Origin: Clostridia bacterium | Lineage (GTDB): Bacteria; Bacillota; Clostridia; Oscillospirales; RGIG8002 | Reading direction: 5' to 3' | Length of the DNA stretch: 64,000 nucleotides | Assembly: GCA_017620395.1 (NCBI GenBank) | Contig: JAFZQJ010000032.1 | Location: 21,594-85,593 of the forward strand | Part shown: in pieces, positions 23,302 through 31,004 of the stretch | Layout of the letters: every line of letters starts with the position of its first letter | Position numbering within the stretch: position 1 is the first letter of the stretch | Program-made: the position numbers and the translations under genes | The notes under the pieces: model-generated | Databases searched by the model: none | What the model was told of the DNA's origin: nothing | The model's input: the letters and a program-made list of their open reading frames with translations, nothing else

Positions 23302-24144
23302 ATGGCGCACCGCACCGACCTTGCCGCGGAGGCGCGGACGGAACACGGAGAACTCGACGGAGTCGAGGTCAGAACGCGCACGGCGGAGGACGTTACCGTG
23401 ACGGAGACGGTCATTTCAACCGCCGAGGCGGGCGAAAAGCTCGGCAAATCGCCGGGCAGATACGTTACCATAGAGCTCTCCGGTCTGAAAACCGGAGATA
23501 TCGACGAGGAGGACGCGGGGCGGCTCATCGCCGAGGAGCTGAAGCCGATGCTCCGCGAGGGCGGCGCGCTCGTCGCCGGACTCGGCAACCGCCGCGTGAC
23601 TCCCGACGCGCTCGGCCCGCGCGCCGCGGACGGCGTTCTCGCGACGCGGCATATCGCCGCGGCGCTCAAGGAGTTCGCCGGCATCGAAAACACCCGTCCG
23701 GTCAGCGTTATCGCGACCGACGTGCTCGGGCGCACCGGAGTGGAAACGCTGGAGCTGCTGCGCGGCGCGGTCGGCGAGGTCAAGCCCTCTCTCGTCATCG
23801 CCGTGGACGCGCTCGCCTCGCTATCGACCGAGCGGCTCGGCACGACTGTGCAGATATGCGACGCGGGCATCTCCCCCGGTTCGGGCGTAGGAAACAGGCG
23901 GGCGGAGCTTTCGGAAAAGACGCTCGGCGTGCCCGTGATCGCCGTCGGCGTGCCGACGGTGGTCGACGCCGCGACGGTGGCGGAGGACTACTCCGGCGGG
24001 TACTTTCAGAAGCACGGGTTTTTCGTCACGCCGCGCGAGGTGGACGCGCTCGTCGACACGGCGGCGCGGATCGTTTCGCGCGGGATAAACGAGGCGCTCA
24101 ATCCGCAGCTGCCGATCGAGGACATCATGCACGCGCTCGCCTGA
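23302..24144 (+). CDS. gpr: spore germination protease GPR
   Basis: RTDLAAEA, GLGNRRVTPDALGP and VIAVDALAS motifs. Only the last 280 codons of the 1033-codon ORF-track ORF are accepted, from ATG 23302. Confidence 0.8.
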   Translation: MAHRTDLAAEARTEHGELDGVEVRTRTAEDVTVTETVISTAEAGEKLGKSPGRYVTIELSGLKTGDIDEEDAGRLIAEELKPMLREGGALVAGLGNRRVTPDALGPRAADGVLATRHIAAALKEFAGIENTRPVSVIATDVLGRTGVETLELLRGAVGEVKPSLVIAVDALASLSTERLGTTVQICDAGISPGSGVGNRRAELSEKTLGVPVIAVGVPTVVDAATVAEDYSGGYFQKHGFFVTPREVDALVDTAARIVSRGINEALNPQLPIEDIMHALA

Positions 24145-24156
24145 GCTCGCGCATGT

Positions 24157-24196
24157 AATGAATACTGAAGACTTAAAAGTGAATAATGAATAATTA
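24157..24196 (+). repeat. family D AT-rich repeat (AATGAATACTGAAGACT ... AATAATGAATAATTA)
   Basis: Both words recur at 51116-51155. Followed by the hairpin at 24203-24236. Confidence 0.7.
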
Positions 24197-24202
24197 AGGA
24201 GC

Positions 24203-24236
24203 AAATCGCGCCCGTCGGACGCGATTTGAATTTTTA
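24203..24236 (+). terminator. intrinsic terminator candidate after gpr
   Basis: AAATCGCGCC-cgtc-GGACGCGATTT followed by GAATTTTT. Confidence 0.55.
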
Positions 24237-24345
24237 ATTGCAAGTCCGTAATATACGCCGGTAAAAGCGAGGGATTTTCGGATGATTTGCGGCGCGGAAG
24301 GAATGAGGTTGGCAAAGCGCAAAGGGCCGAAAAGACCCGCTTTTG

Positions 24346-25611
24346 TCACTTTATTACGTCGCAGCCCATGTACTTACGCAAGACTTCCGGCACGACCACG
24401 CTGCCGTCTTCCTGCTGGAAGTTCTCGAGTATCGCGGCGGTGGTCCTGCCGACGGCGAGGCCGCTGCCGTTGAGGGTGTGGACGAGCTCCGCCTTGCCCT
24501 TTATATCGCGCTTGAAGCGGATGCTCATGCGGCGCGCCTGATAATCCTCGAAGTTCGAGCAGCTGGAAATCTCGACGTATCTGCCGTAGGACGGCATATA
24601 GACCTCGATATCGTAGGTCTTCGCCGAGGAGAAGCCCATGTCGCCGCTGGAGAGGCATACGACGCGGTAAGGCAGACCGAGCAGCTGAAGCGTCAGCTCC
24701 GCCTCGTGAGTCAGCTCTTCGAGCTCTTCGTAACTGCTCTCCGGGGTGGTGAACTTGACAAGCTCGACCTTGTTGAACTGGTGCTGACGTATAAGGCCGC
24801 GGGTGTCCCTGCCGGCGCTGCCCGCCTCGGAACGGAAGCAGGCGGAGTAGGCGCAGAACTTTATCGGCAGCTCGCTGCCGTCGAGTATTTCGTCGCGGTA
24901 GTAGTTGGTCACCGGCACTTCGGCGGTCGGGATCAGGAAGCAGTCTGTGCCGGTCACCTTGTAGGCGTCCTCCTCGAACTTCGGGAGCTGGCCGGTGCCG
25001 GTCATCGAGGCGCGATTGGCCATGAACGGCGGGAATATCTCGGTGTAGCCGTGGGCGGTGTGGGTATCGAGGAAGAAGCACATTACGGCGCGTTCGAGCC
25101 GCGCGCCGAGCCCTTTGTAGAAGTGGAAGCGCGCGCCCGTTACCTTCGCGGCGCGGTCGGGATCGAGGATGCCGAGCTTTTCGCCGAGCTCCCAGTGGGG
25201 CTTCGGCTCGAAGCCGAAGTCGCGCACCTCGCCTACCCTGCGGATCTCCTGATTATAGGTGTCGTCCGGGCCGACGGGAACGGAATCGTTCGGGATGTTC
25301 GGGATCGAAAGCAGCATATTTCTGACCTTCTCCTCCGCTTCGCGGAGCTTGACGTCGTATTCCTTTATGCTGTCGGAAAGCGCCTTCATCTGCGCCATAT
25401 CCTCGGAGGCGTCTTCGCCGCGGCTCTTTCTGATGCCGATGTCCTTGGAGACGGCGTTCAGCTGCTGCTTTTTGGCGTCCGCTTCCGCGATGAGCGCGCG
25501 GCGTTCGTCGTCGGCGGCGAGCAGCGCGTCGAGGTCGTAGTTTCCGTTTCTGCCGGCGAGGCGCTTTTTGCAGCCCTCGAGGTCGGCTCTGATCCTTCTG
25601 ATGTCAAGCAT
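24346..25611 (-). CDS. serS: seryl-tRNA synthetase
   Basis: [13 protein letters not shown]-terminal coiled-coil arm and class II motifs ([32 protein letters not shown]). Confidence 0.9.
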   Translation of the reverse strand: MLDIRRIRADLEGCKKRLAGRNGNYDLDALLAADDERRALIAEADAKKQQLNAVSKDIGIRKSRGEDASEDMAQMKALSDSIKEYDVKLREAEEKVRNMLLSIPNIPNDSVPVGPDDTYNQEIRRVGEVRDFGFEPKPHWELGEKLGILDPDRAAKVTGARFHFYKGLGARLERAVMCFFLDTHTAHGYTEIFPPFMANRASMTGTGQLPKFEEDAYKVTGTDCFLIPTAEVPVTNYYRDEILDGSELPIKFCAYSACFRSEAGSAGRDTRGLIRQHQFNKVELVKFTTPESSYEELEELTHEAELTLQLLGLPYRVVCLSSGDMGFSSAKTYDIEVYMPSYGRYVEISSCSNFEDYQARRMSIRFKRDIKGKAELVHTLNGSGLAVGRTTAAILENFQQEDGSVVVPEVLRKYMGCDVIK

Positions 25612-25656
25612 TTTTACAAGACTCCTTTATAAATGATATATAAACTTATTCAAGCC

Positions 25657-26613
25657 CTACGCGACCGCCTGACAGACGGCGCACACGGCGGGTATCGTGA
25701 TTATGGAAAGCAGAGTGGTGATCGCGACGGTCTTGGTCAGCAGGTCGGTGTTGCCGCCGAACTTCTCGGCGAACATCGCGCCCGCGACCGCCGACGGACA
25801 CGCGAACGCGATGGCGAGCGCCACGACTATTTCGCGCGGGATCGGCAGTATCAGCGGAAGCGCGAGCAGCGCCGCCGTCGTCAGCGCCGGAAGCAGCAGC
25901 AGACGCAGCGCGACTCCGATCCACATATACTTATCCTTATACCATCCCTTCAGCGTAACGCCGCCGAGGATCGCTCCGCAGAGCATCATCGACATCGGCG
26001 TCTGCGCCGAGGCGAGCCAGGAGACCGGGTTCATAATTATTCTCATCGGCTCGCTGTCTGTAACCGCGTCGGGAAGCAGGATTATCCCGAGCGCCGCGAT
26101 TATCGCGATAGTGCCGGGATTGAGGATGACCGAAAGCAGCTTCTTGCGGTTCTCGGTGAAGAGCGAGATGCCGACGATGAAGTTCAGCATCGTGAAGACG
26201 GCGACGGAAACGCCGACGTAGGCGGTCGCTTCCTTGCCGAGTATGCCTTCGACCAGCGGGATGCCCATGAAGCCCATGTTCGCGAAGATCGCGGAATACT
26301 TCACGGCGTTCACGTCGCGGGATTTCCTGCCGATGAATATCAGCGTCACCGCGGCGAAGAGCACTCCGAAGCCGACCGCCGAGGCCAGCGCGGACCAGCC
26401 GAGTATCGCGAAGGCGTTTTCGCCGTTCTCCTTGGCGGTCAGCACGAGGCGCTCGATGATTATCGCCGGACTGATGATGTAAAAGAGGATATCGGTCACG
26501 CAGGTGATGCCTTTGCCCTCGAATATATGCACGCGGCGCAGGATGACGCCTACCGCGATGAGCACGAAGAGCATCGCGACCTGCTCGGCGGAAATGCGTA
26601 TGGTTTCAAGCAT
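25657..26613 (-). CDS. AEC-family (auxin-efflux-carrier/malate-permease-like) transporter
   Basis: 318 aa, about 10 hydrophobic segments, with the typical AEC N-terminus and ANMGFMGIPL motif. Confidence 0.7.
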   Translation of the reverse strand: MLETIRISAEQVAMLFVLIAVGVILRRVHIFEGKGITCVTDILFYIISPAIIIERLVLTAKENGENAFAILGWSALASAVGFGVLFAAVTLIFIGRKSRDVNAVKYSAIFANMGFMGIPLVEGILGKEATAYVGVSVAVFTMLNFIVGISLFTENRKKLLSVILNPGTIAIIAALGIILLPDAVTDSEPMRIIMNPVSWLASAQTPMSMMLCGAILGGVTLKGWYKDKYMWIGVALRLLLLPALTTAALLALPLILPIPREIVVALAIAFACPSAVAGAMFAEKFGGNTDLLTKTVAITTLLSIITIPAVCAVCQAVA

Positions 26614-26721
26614 GCTTTGACCGACCTTTCGTTATGGAGTGTGGATGTACGGATGCCGTAATCCCGCGGAGGCAGCGCCGATGGGGGATCACTATTCCTT
26701 TTTATGCTGCAAAAGGCGGGG

Positions 26722-26789
26722 GATCCTTCGGGCTTCGCCCTCAGGATGACAGACGACGGTGTGAGATCCTTCGCTTCGCACGGGATGAC
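26722..26789 (-). repeat. two family B repeat cores next to the lipid-kinase gene stop
   Basis: gatccttcgggcttcgccctcaggatgac (26722-26750) and gatccttcgcttcgcacgggatgac (26765-26789). The stop codon is at 26795-26797. Confidence 0.75.
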
Positions 26790-26794
26790 AAGCG

Positions 26795-27715
26795 TCACAC
26801 GCTCGTCAGCGCGGCGCCCTCCGGGATGACGAAACGCATCGCTGCTGGAACGACCGAGAGCTTCAGCTCGTCCGCTTCCTCGACTTCGCCGTCGACGCAG
26901 AATTTGAACGGCTTATCCGACGAGACGGTCATCCCGTCGGTGCGGAAATAGGAAAGCCGGTCTTTCATCTTTTCGCATTCGAGGTGGGTGCCCTCGCGGT
27001 ATTTGCCGACGAGCTTCAAAAAGCCGAGGCGCCCGACCTTTTCGTCGGCGCGGAAGACGTCGAACTTCCCGTCGTCGAGCAGCGCGAGCGGGTTTGATTT
27101 GAAGCCGCCGCCGCAGTAGCGCCCGTTCGCGATGGAACAGAGCGTAAGCCTCTGCTCCTCCGTCCTGCCGTCATAGGTCAGCTTCAGCGAGCATTTCGGC
27201 ATCGGGAACATCTCGATGAACGCCGCGACGGTGTAGGAATTCGAGCCCTTCATCAGCGGCCTGCCGCGGTGGCGCTCGACGTAGTCGACGACCGCGCAGT
27301 CGAAGCCGATGTTTATGGTGTTGACGGCGAAGCGGCCGTTATACTTGATAAGGTCGAACTCGCACGCCATGCCGCGGATCTGGCGGCGTATATCCGCGAA
27401 CGCCTCGGCGGGCGCGAAGTTACGGACGAAATCGTTGCCGGTGCCGCCCGGGATCGCCGCGATCTCGACGTTCGGGAAGCCGAACGCGCCGTTGGCGACT
27501 TCGCCCAGAGTGCCGTCTCCGCCGCAGGCGTAAACGCGGTACGCCACGCCCGTTTCCGCGAGCTCGCGGGTGTGCTTTTCCGCGTCGCGGGGCGCGTCGG
27601 TGTAGTATATCTCCCACTCGACGCCCTCGGCTTCGCAGGCGGCTTTTATGTCGGAAATGAGTTTTTCGCGCAGTTTTTTAACCGTGTTCGGGTTGATGAT
27701 GAATACGTGCTTCAT
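26795..27715 (-). CDS. diacylglycerol/lipid kinase family protein (YegS/BmrU type)
   Basis: ACGGDGTLGEVANG and IPGGTGNDF motifs. Confidence 0.8.
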   Translation of the reverse strand: MKHVFIINPNTVKKLREKLISDIKAACEAEGVEWEIYYTDAPRDAEKHTRELAETGVAYRVYACGGDGTLGEVANGAFGFPNVEIAAIPGGTGNDFVRNFAPAEAFADIRRQIRGMACEFDLIKYNGRFAVNTINIGFDCAVVDYVERHRGRPLMKGSNSYTVAAFIEMFPMPKCSLKLTYDGRTEEQRLTLCSIANGRYCGGGFKSNPLALLDDGKFDVFRADEKVGRLGFLKLVGKYREGTHLECEKMKDRLSYFRTDGMTVSSDKPFKFCVDGEVEEADELKLSVVPAAMRFVIPEGAALTSV

Positions 27716-27825
27716 ACGTTTCCTTCTACCCTTTGCGTTATTCTATCTTTACAATCCCTGCTTATTTTGGGAGATTCCCCGCTTACGCCCGGATTGACAG
27801 GGGTCTGTTCCGGTCTTTGCCGAGG

Positions 27826-28782
27826 TCAGAATTCGACCTTTACTGTGGTGTCGGGGCCGTCGGCGAGGGCGGCGTCCACCAGCTCCTCGATATTGCCCTC
27901 CGCGACGCACATGACGGTATCCGCGCCGCCGTAGTAGACCTTCAGCGTGCCGTCGTCGTCCGCGACGGCGCCGCAGGTGAAGACGACGTTCGCGACGTAG
28001 CCGCTGCGCTCGTAGGGCGCTTCCGGCGCGAGGATGAAGTCGTGCATCCTGCCGATGACCTTGCGCGGATCGTTCAGGTCGTGCACCGCGCAGCCGAGGC
28101 GATAGATCTGCCCCGCCATCGTGTTCGTGGTCGCGTGATAGATATTCAGCCAGCCGCGCGGCGTCTTTATCGGGGGCGCGCCGGGGCCGATCTTGTTATC
28201 CTGCCATATATCGTAGGGGTCGGTCGTCATGATGAACTGCTGATTGCCCCAGTGGATCAGGTCGGGCGAATAGCTGATGAAGATGCCGCTGTTGCCCGCG
28301 TTCGCGAAGTTCGGGCGCTCGAAGCGGACGTATTCGCCGTTTATCTTCTCGGGGAAAAGCACACAGTTGCGGTAGTCGATCGCGGTGGTAAGTCCCATGC
28401 GCTCGATGTGCAGGAAATCCTTCGTCTTCGCGATGCCTATCTGGAAGCCGTAGGTCGCGAAGCAGGAATAGAAGATGTAGTAGGTATCCCCTATCTGCGT
28501 TACGCGCGGATCCTCGACCCCCTTGTTCTCGGGGTTCTTGAATATCCCGCTCTCCGCCTTCTGAAAGACCGGCTCGGGATGTATCTCGAAGTTGTAGCCG
28601 TCCTTCGACCGCGCGAGGCCGAAGACCGAGCGGCCGTCCGTTCTGCCGCAGCGGAGCAGGAGTATGTACTCGTCCCCCAGCTTCGCGGCGCCGGCGTTGT
28701 AGACCGTTTCGCACCTGAATGGCATATCCTTCGGCGTGATTATCGGGTTGCCTTCGTACTTTTTAAGCATTACTTTTCCCAT
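27826..28782 (-). CDS. GH130-family glycoside phosphorylase/hydrolase
   Basis: YEGNPIITPKD, NAGAAKLGDEYILLLR, RLGCAVHDLNDP and YYGGADT resemble GH130 beta-mannoside phosphorylases. Confidence 0.6.
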   Translation of the reverse strand: MGKVMLKKYEGNPIITPKDMPFRCETVYNAGAAKLGDEYILLLRCGRTDGRSVFGLARSKDGYNFEIHPEPVFQKAESGIFKNPENKGVEDPRVTQIGDTYYIFYSCFATYGFQIGIAKTKDFLHIERMGLTTAIDYRNCVLFPEKINGEYVRFERPNFANAGNSGIFISYSPDLIHWGNQQFIMTTDPYDIWQDNKIGPGAPPIKTPRGWLNIYHATTNTMAGQIYRLGCAVHDLNDPRKVIGRMHDFILAPEAPYERSGYVANVVFTCGAVADDDGTLKVYYGGADTVMCVAEGNIEELVDAALADGPDTTVKVEF

Positions 28783-28830
28783 AGTTTTCCTCCAGGTAGA
28801 ATTATTTTGAATAATTATACAGAGAGTATA

Positions 28831-29574
28831 TTATTTTTTAAGCCCCTTGATGTATCTGACGGCGTTTTCGCAGAAGACGTAGGTATCCTTCGGCTCCGCC
28901 TCGAACTCCAGCACCGTCCAGTCCATACCGAGCTGTTCGGCGCGGGCGAGGACCGGCTCGAAGTCGATTATGCCCTTGTCGATATCGCAGGAGGGGTGTT
29001 CGCCCTTGCCGTTTTTGATATGCAGGCTGCGGATGCGGTCGGGGTATTTATCCAGCATTTCCATGATGTCGCAGCCGCCGAGCTTCGCCCAGTAGCAGTC
29101 GAGCTGGAAGGCGATCTCCGGGCAGTCCTCCGCCATACGGAACCAGTACGCCTTGCCGTCCTTTTTGCACTCGGTGAACTCGACGATGTGATTGTGATAT
29201 AGCAGGTCCGCGCCGGCGGAGCGGATCTTTCTGCCCAGCTCGTCGAAGCCCTCGACGAAGCGGTAGTACTCGTCGTCGTTCTGCGGATGCCAGCCGGGCA
29301 TGACGAAGCGCTTCAGCCCCAGCGGGAGCAGGTAGTCACAGTATTCCTGCCAGTGCTCGAGCAGCAGCTCGTAGCCGAGATGGATGGACGGAACGCTCAT
29401 TCCGTAACGCTTGATAAGCGCGGCGTAGTCATCGCGGCTCATATCGGTCACCTTGAAATGCTCGAAGCCGTTTATGCCCGTCTCGGCGAGGCGGCGCAGG
29501 GTGCCTTCAAGGTCGTTTTCGGCGTCTTCGTGGCAGCTCCAGAGCTGCAGGGCGACGTTTTCGTACATTGACAT
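28831..29574 (-). CDS. sugar-phosphate isomerase/epimerase (xylose-isomerase-like TIM barrel)
   Basis: AAGGAGG RBS. LQLWS, NGFEHFK, YHNH and LHIKNG pattern of the AP-endonuclease-2/xylose-isomerase-like fold. Confidence 0.6.
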   Translation of the reverse strand: MSMYENVALQLWSCHEDAENDLEGTLRRLAETGINGFEHFKVTDMSRDDYAALIKRYGMSVPSIHLGYELLLEHWQEYCDYLLPLGLKRFVMPGWHPQNDDEYYRFVEGFDELGRKIRSAGADLLYHNHIVEFTECKKDGKAYWFRMAEDCPEIAFQLDCYWAKLGGCDIMEMLDKYPDRIRSLHIKNGKGEHPSCDIDKGIIDFEPVLARAEQLGMDWTVLEFEAEPKDTYVFCENAVRYIKGLKK

Positions 29575-29602
29575 TTGTGTTCCTCCTTAAGTGGCGGTTA
29601 TT

Positions 29603-29664
29603 CTTGCCTCCCTCTGAGGAGGGAGGTGGCATCCGAGGCAAAGCCGAGGATGACGGAGGGAGAG
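29603..29664 (-). repeat. family A repeat, inverted copy (left end of the composite element 29603-29830)
   Basis: CTTGCCTCCCTCTGAGGAGGGAGGTGGC + imperfect hairpin + GACGGAGGGAGAG, the reverse complement of CTCTCCCTCCGTC. Confidence 0.75.
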
Positions 29665-29767
29665 ATAACGACACCTCTCCTTATGCTGACGCGCCGTGCC
29701 GAAGACGATGGAAAGATAGCCCTGCGTCTGCGGAACAAAGTTCCTGCAAAACACTGTTCGGCGTTAT

Positions 29768-29830
29768 CTCTCCCTCAGTCTCGAAGGGCTCCGCCCTTCT
29801 CGACAGCTCCCTCCTCAGAGGGAGCCGAGG
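29768..29830 (+). repeat. family A repeat (right end of the composite element), 4 nt from the icd-type gene stop
   Basis: CTCTCCCTCAGTC + TCGAAGGGC-tcc-GCCCTTCTCGA + CAGCTCCCTCCTCAGAGGGAGCCGAGG. Confidence 0.75.
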
Positions 29831-29834
29831 CGCG

Positions 29835-30989
29835 TTATTTCAGTTTTTCAACCGTTTCCATAACGTAGTCGCCGAAGGCGGAGCAGGTCGCGCCGTCGCT
29901 GCGGCCGGTTATGGTAAGGCGTTTTTCTTCAAGCATACATATATCGAGAGCGCGCTCGAGCAGCGCGGCTTTGCCGTTCCTGCCGACGTGGTTGAGCAGC
30001 ATGACGGCGGCGCGGAGCATCGAGCAGGGGTCGGCGTAGATATCGCGCCCCTCGGCGACCATGCGCGGCGCGGAGCCGTGGATCGCCTCGAACATCGCGT
30101 AGCGCGTGCCGATATTCGCGGAGCCGGCGGTGCCGACGCCGCCCTGAAGCTCCGCGGCTTCGTCGGTGACGATGTCGCCGTAGAGGTTCGGCAGCACGAA
30201 GACGGAGAAGTCGCGGCGGCGCTTCTCGTCAAGCAGCTTCGCGGTGGTGATGTCGATATACCACTCGTCCGTGATTATCTCGGGGTACTCCGCCGCGACG
30301 GCGTGGCAGTCGCGCAGGAAGTTTCCGTCCGTCGTCTTGATGACGTTCGCCTTCTGGATGAGCGAAACGCGGGGCTTGCCGTTGGCGCGCGCGAACTCGT
30401 AGGCGAGGCGCGCGATGCGGGTGCTGCCCTGCTTCGTAGTGACGGTGAAGTCGAAGGCGAGGTCGTCGGTGACGTTCACTCCCTTTGAGCCGAGGACGTA
30501 GGAGCCCTCGGTGTTCTCGCGGAAGAAGGTCCAGTCTATGCCCTGCTCGGGGATCTTGACCGGACGGACGTTCGCGAAGAGATCGAGCGCCTTGCGCATA
30601 GCGACATTCGCGCTCTCTATGTTCGGCATATCGCCGCCCGCCTGGGGAGTCGTGGTCGGGCCTTTCAGGATAACGTGGCATTCCTTCAGCTGCTCCATGA
30701 CGTCGTCCGGTATCGCCTTGCCGCAGGCGACGCGGTTCTCTATCGTCAGTCCGTCGATATAGCGGAACTCGACCTTGCCCGCGGCGACTTCGCCGGCGAG
30801 CAGGTATTCGAGCACGCGGGCGGCCTCGCGGGAGATGACGGGTCCGATGCCGTCGCCGCCGCAAACGCCGATGATGAGCTTATCCAGCGCCGCGTAGTCG
30901 ACGAATCCGGCGTCCGCCTTCATGCGCTCGACGCGCGCGAGCTGTTCTTCGATGAGCTGTCTGAAATGTTCTACTGCTTTTTCTGTCAT
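29835..30989 (-). CDS. isocitrate/isopropylmalate-family dehydrogenase (isocitrate dehydrogenase-like)
   Basis: GGDGIGPVI, FRENTEGSY, NLYGDIVTDEAAELQGGVG and HGSAP motifs. Confidence 0.8.
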   Translation of the reverse strand: MTEKAVEHFRQLIEEQLARVERMKADAGFVDYAALDKLIIGVCGGDGIGPVISREAARVLEYLLAGEVAAGKVEFRYIDGLTIENRVACGKAIPDDVMEQLKECHVILKGPTTTPQAGGDMPNIESANVAMRKALDLFANVRPVKIPEQGIDWTFFRENTEGSYVLGSKGVNVTDDLAFDFTVTTKQGSTRIARLAYEFARANGKPRVSLIQKANVIKTTDGNFLRDCHAVAAEYPEIITDEWYIDITTAKLLDEKRRRDFSVFVLPNLYGDIVTDEAAELQGGVGTAGSANIGTRYAMFEAIHGSAPRMVAEGRDIYADPCSMLRAAVMLLNHVGRNGKAALLERALDICMLEEKRLTITGRSDGATCSAFGDYVMETVEKLK

Positions 30990-31004
30990 TTGGGTACTCC
31001 TTTT

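Noticed and set aside
21043-24144. 1033-codon ORF on the plus strand.
   Set aside because: The first 750 or so codons run antisense to fumC and comM. Their Arg/Ala/Gly/Val/Asp-rich composition is typical of shadow frames in high-GC DNA. Only the last 280 codons (gpr, from ATG 23302 with an RBS) look like a real protein.
24346-25656. Expected T-box leader upstream of serS; also S-box/SAM or T-box leaders upstream of metY and cysK.
   Set aside because: Only 45 nt separate serS from the upstream AEC transporter gene. metY and cysK follow nifU with gaps of 5 and 12 nt. There is no room for a riboswitch and no specifier or antiterminator features were seen.
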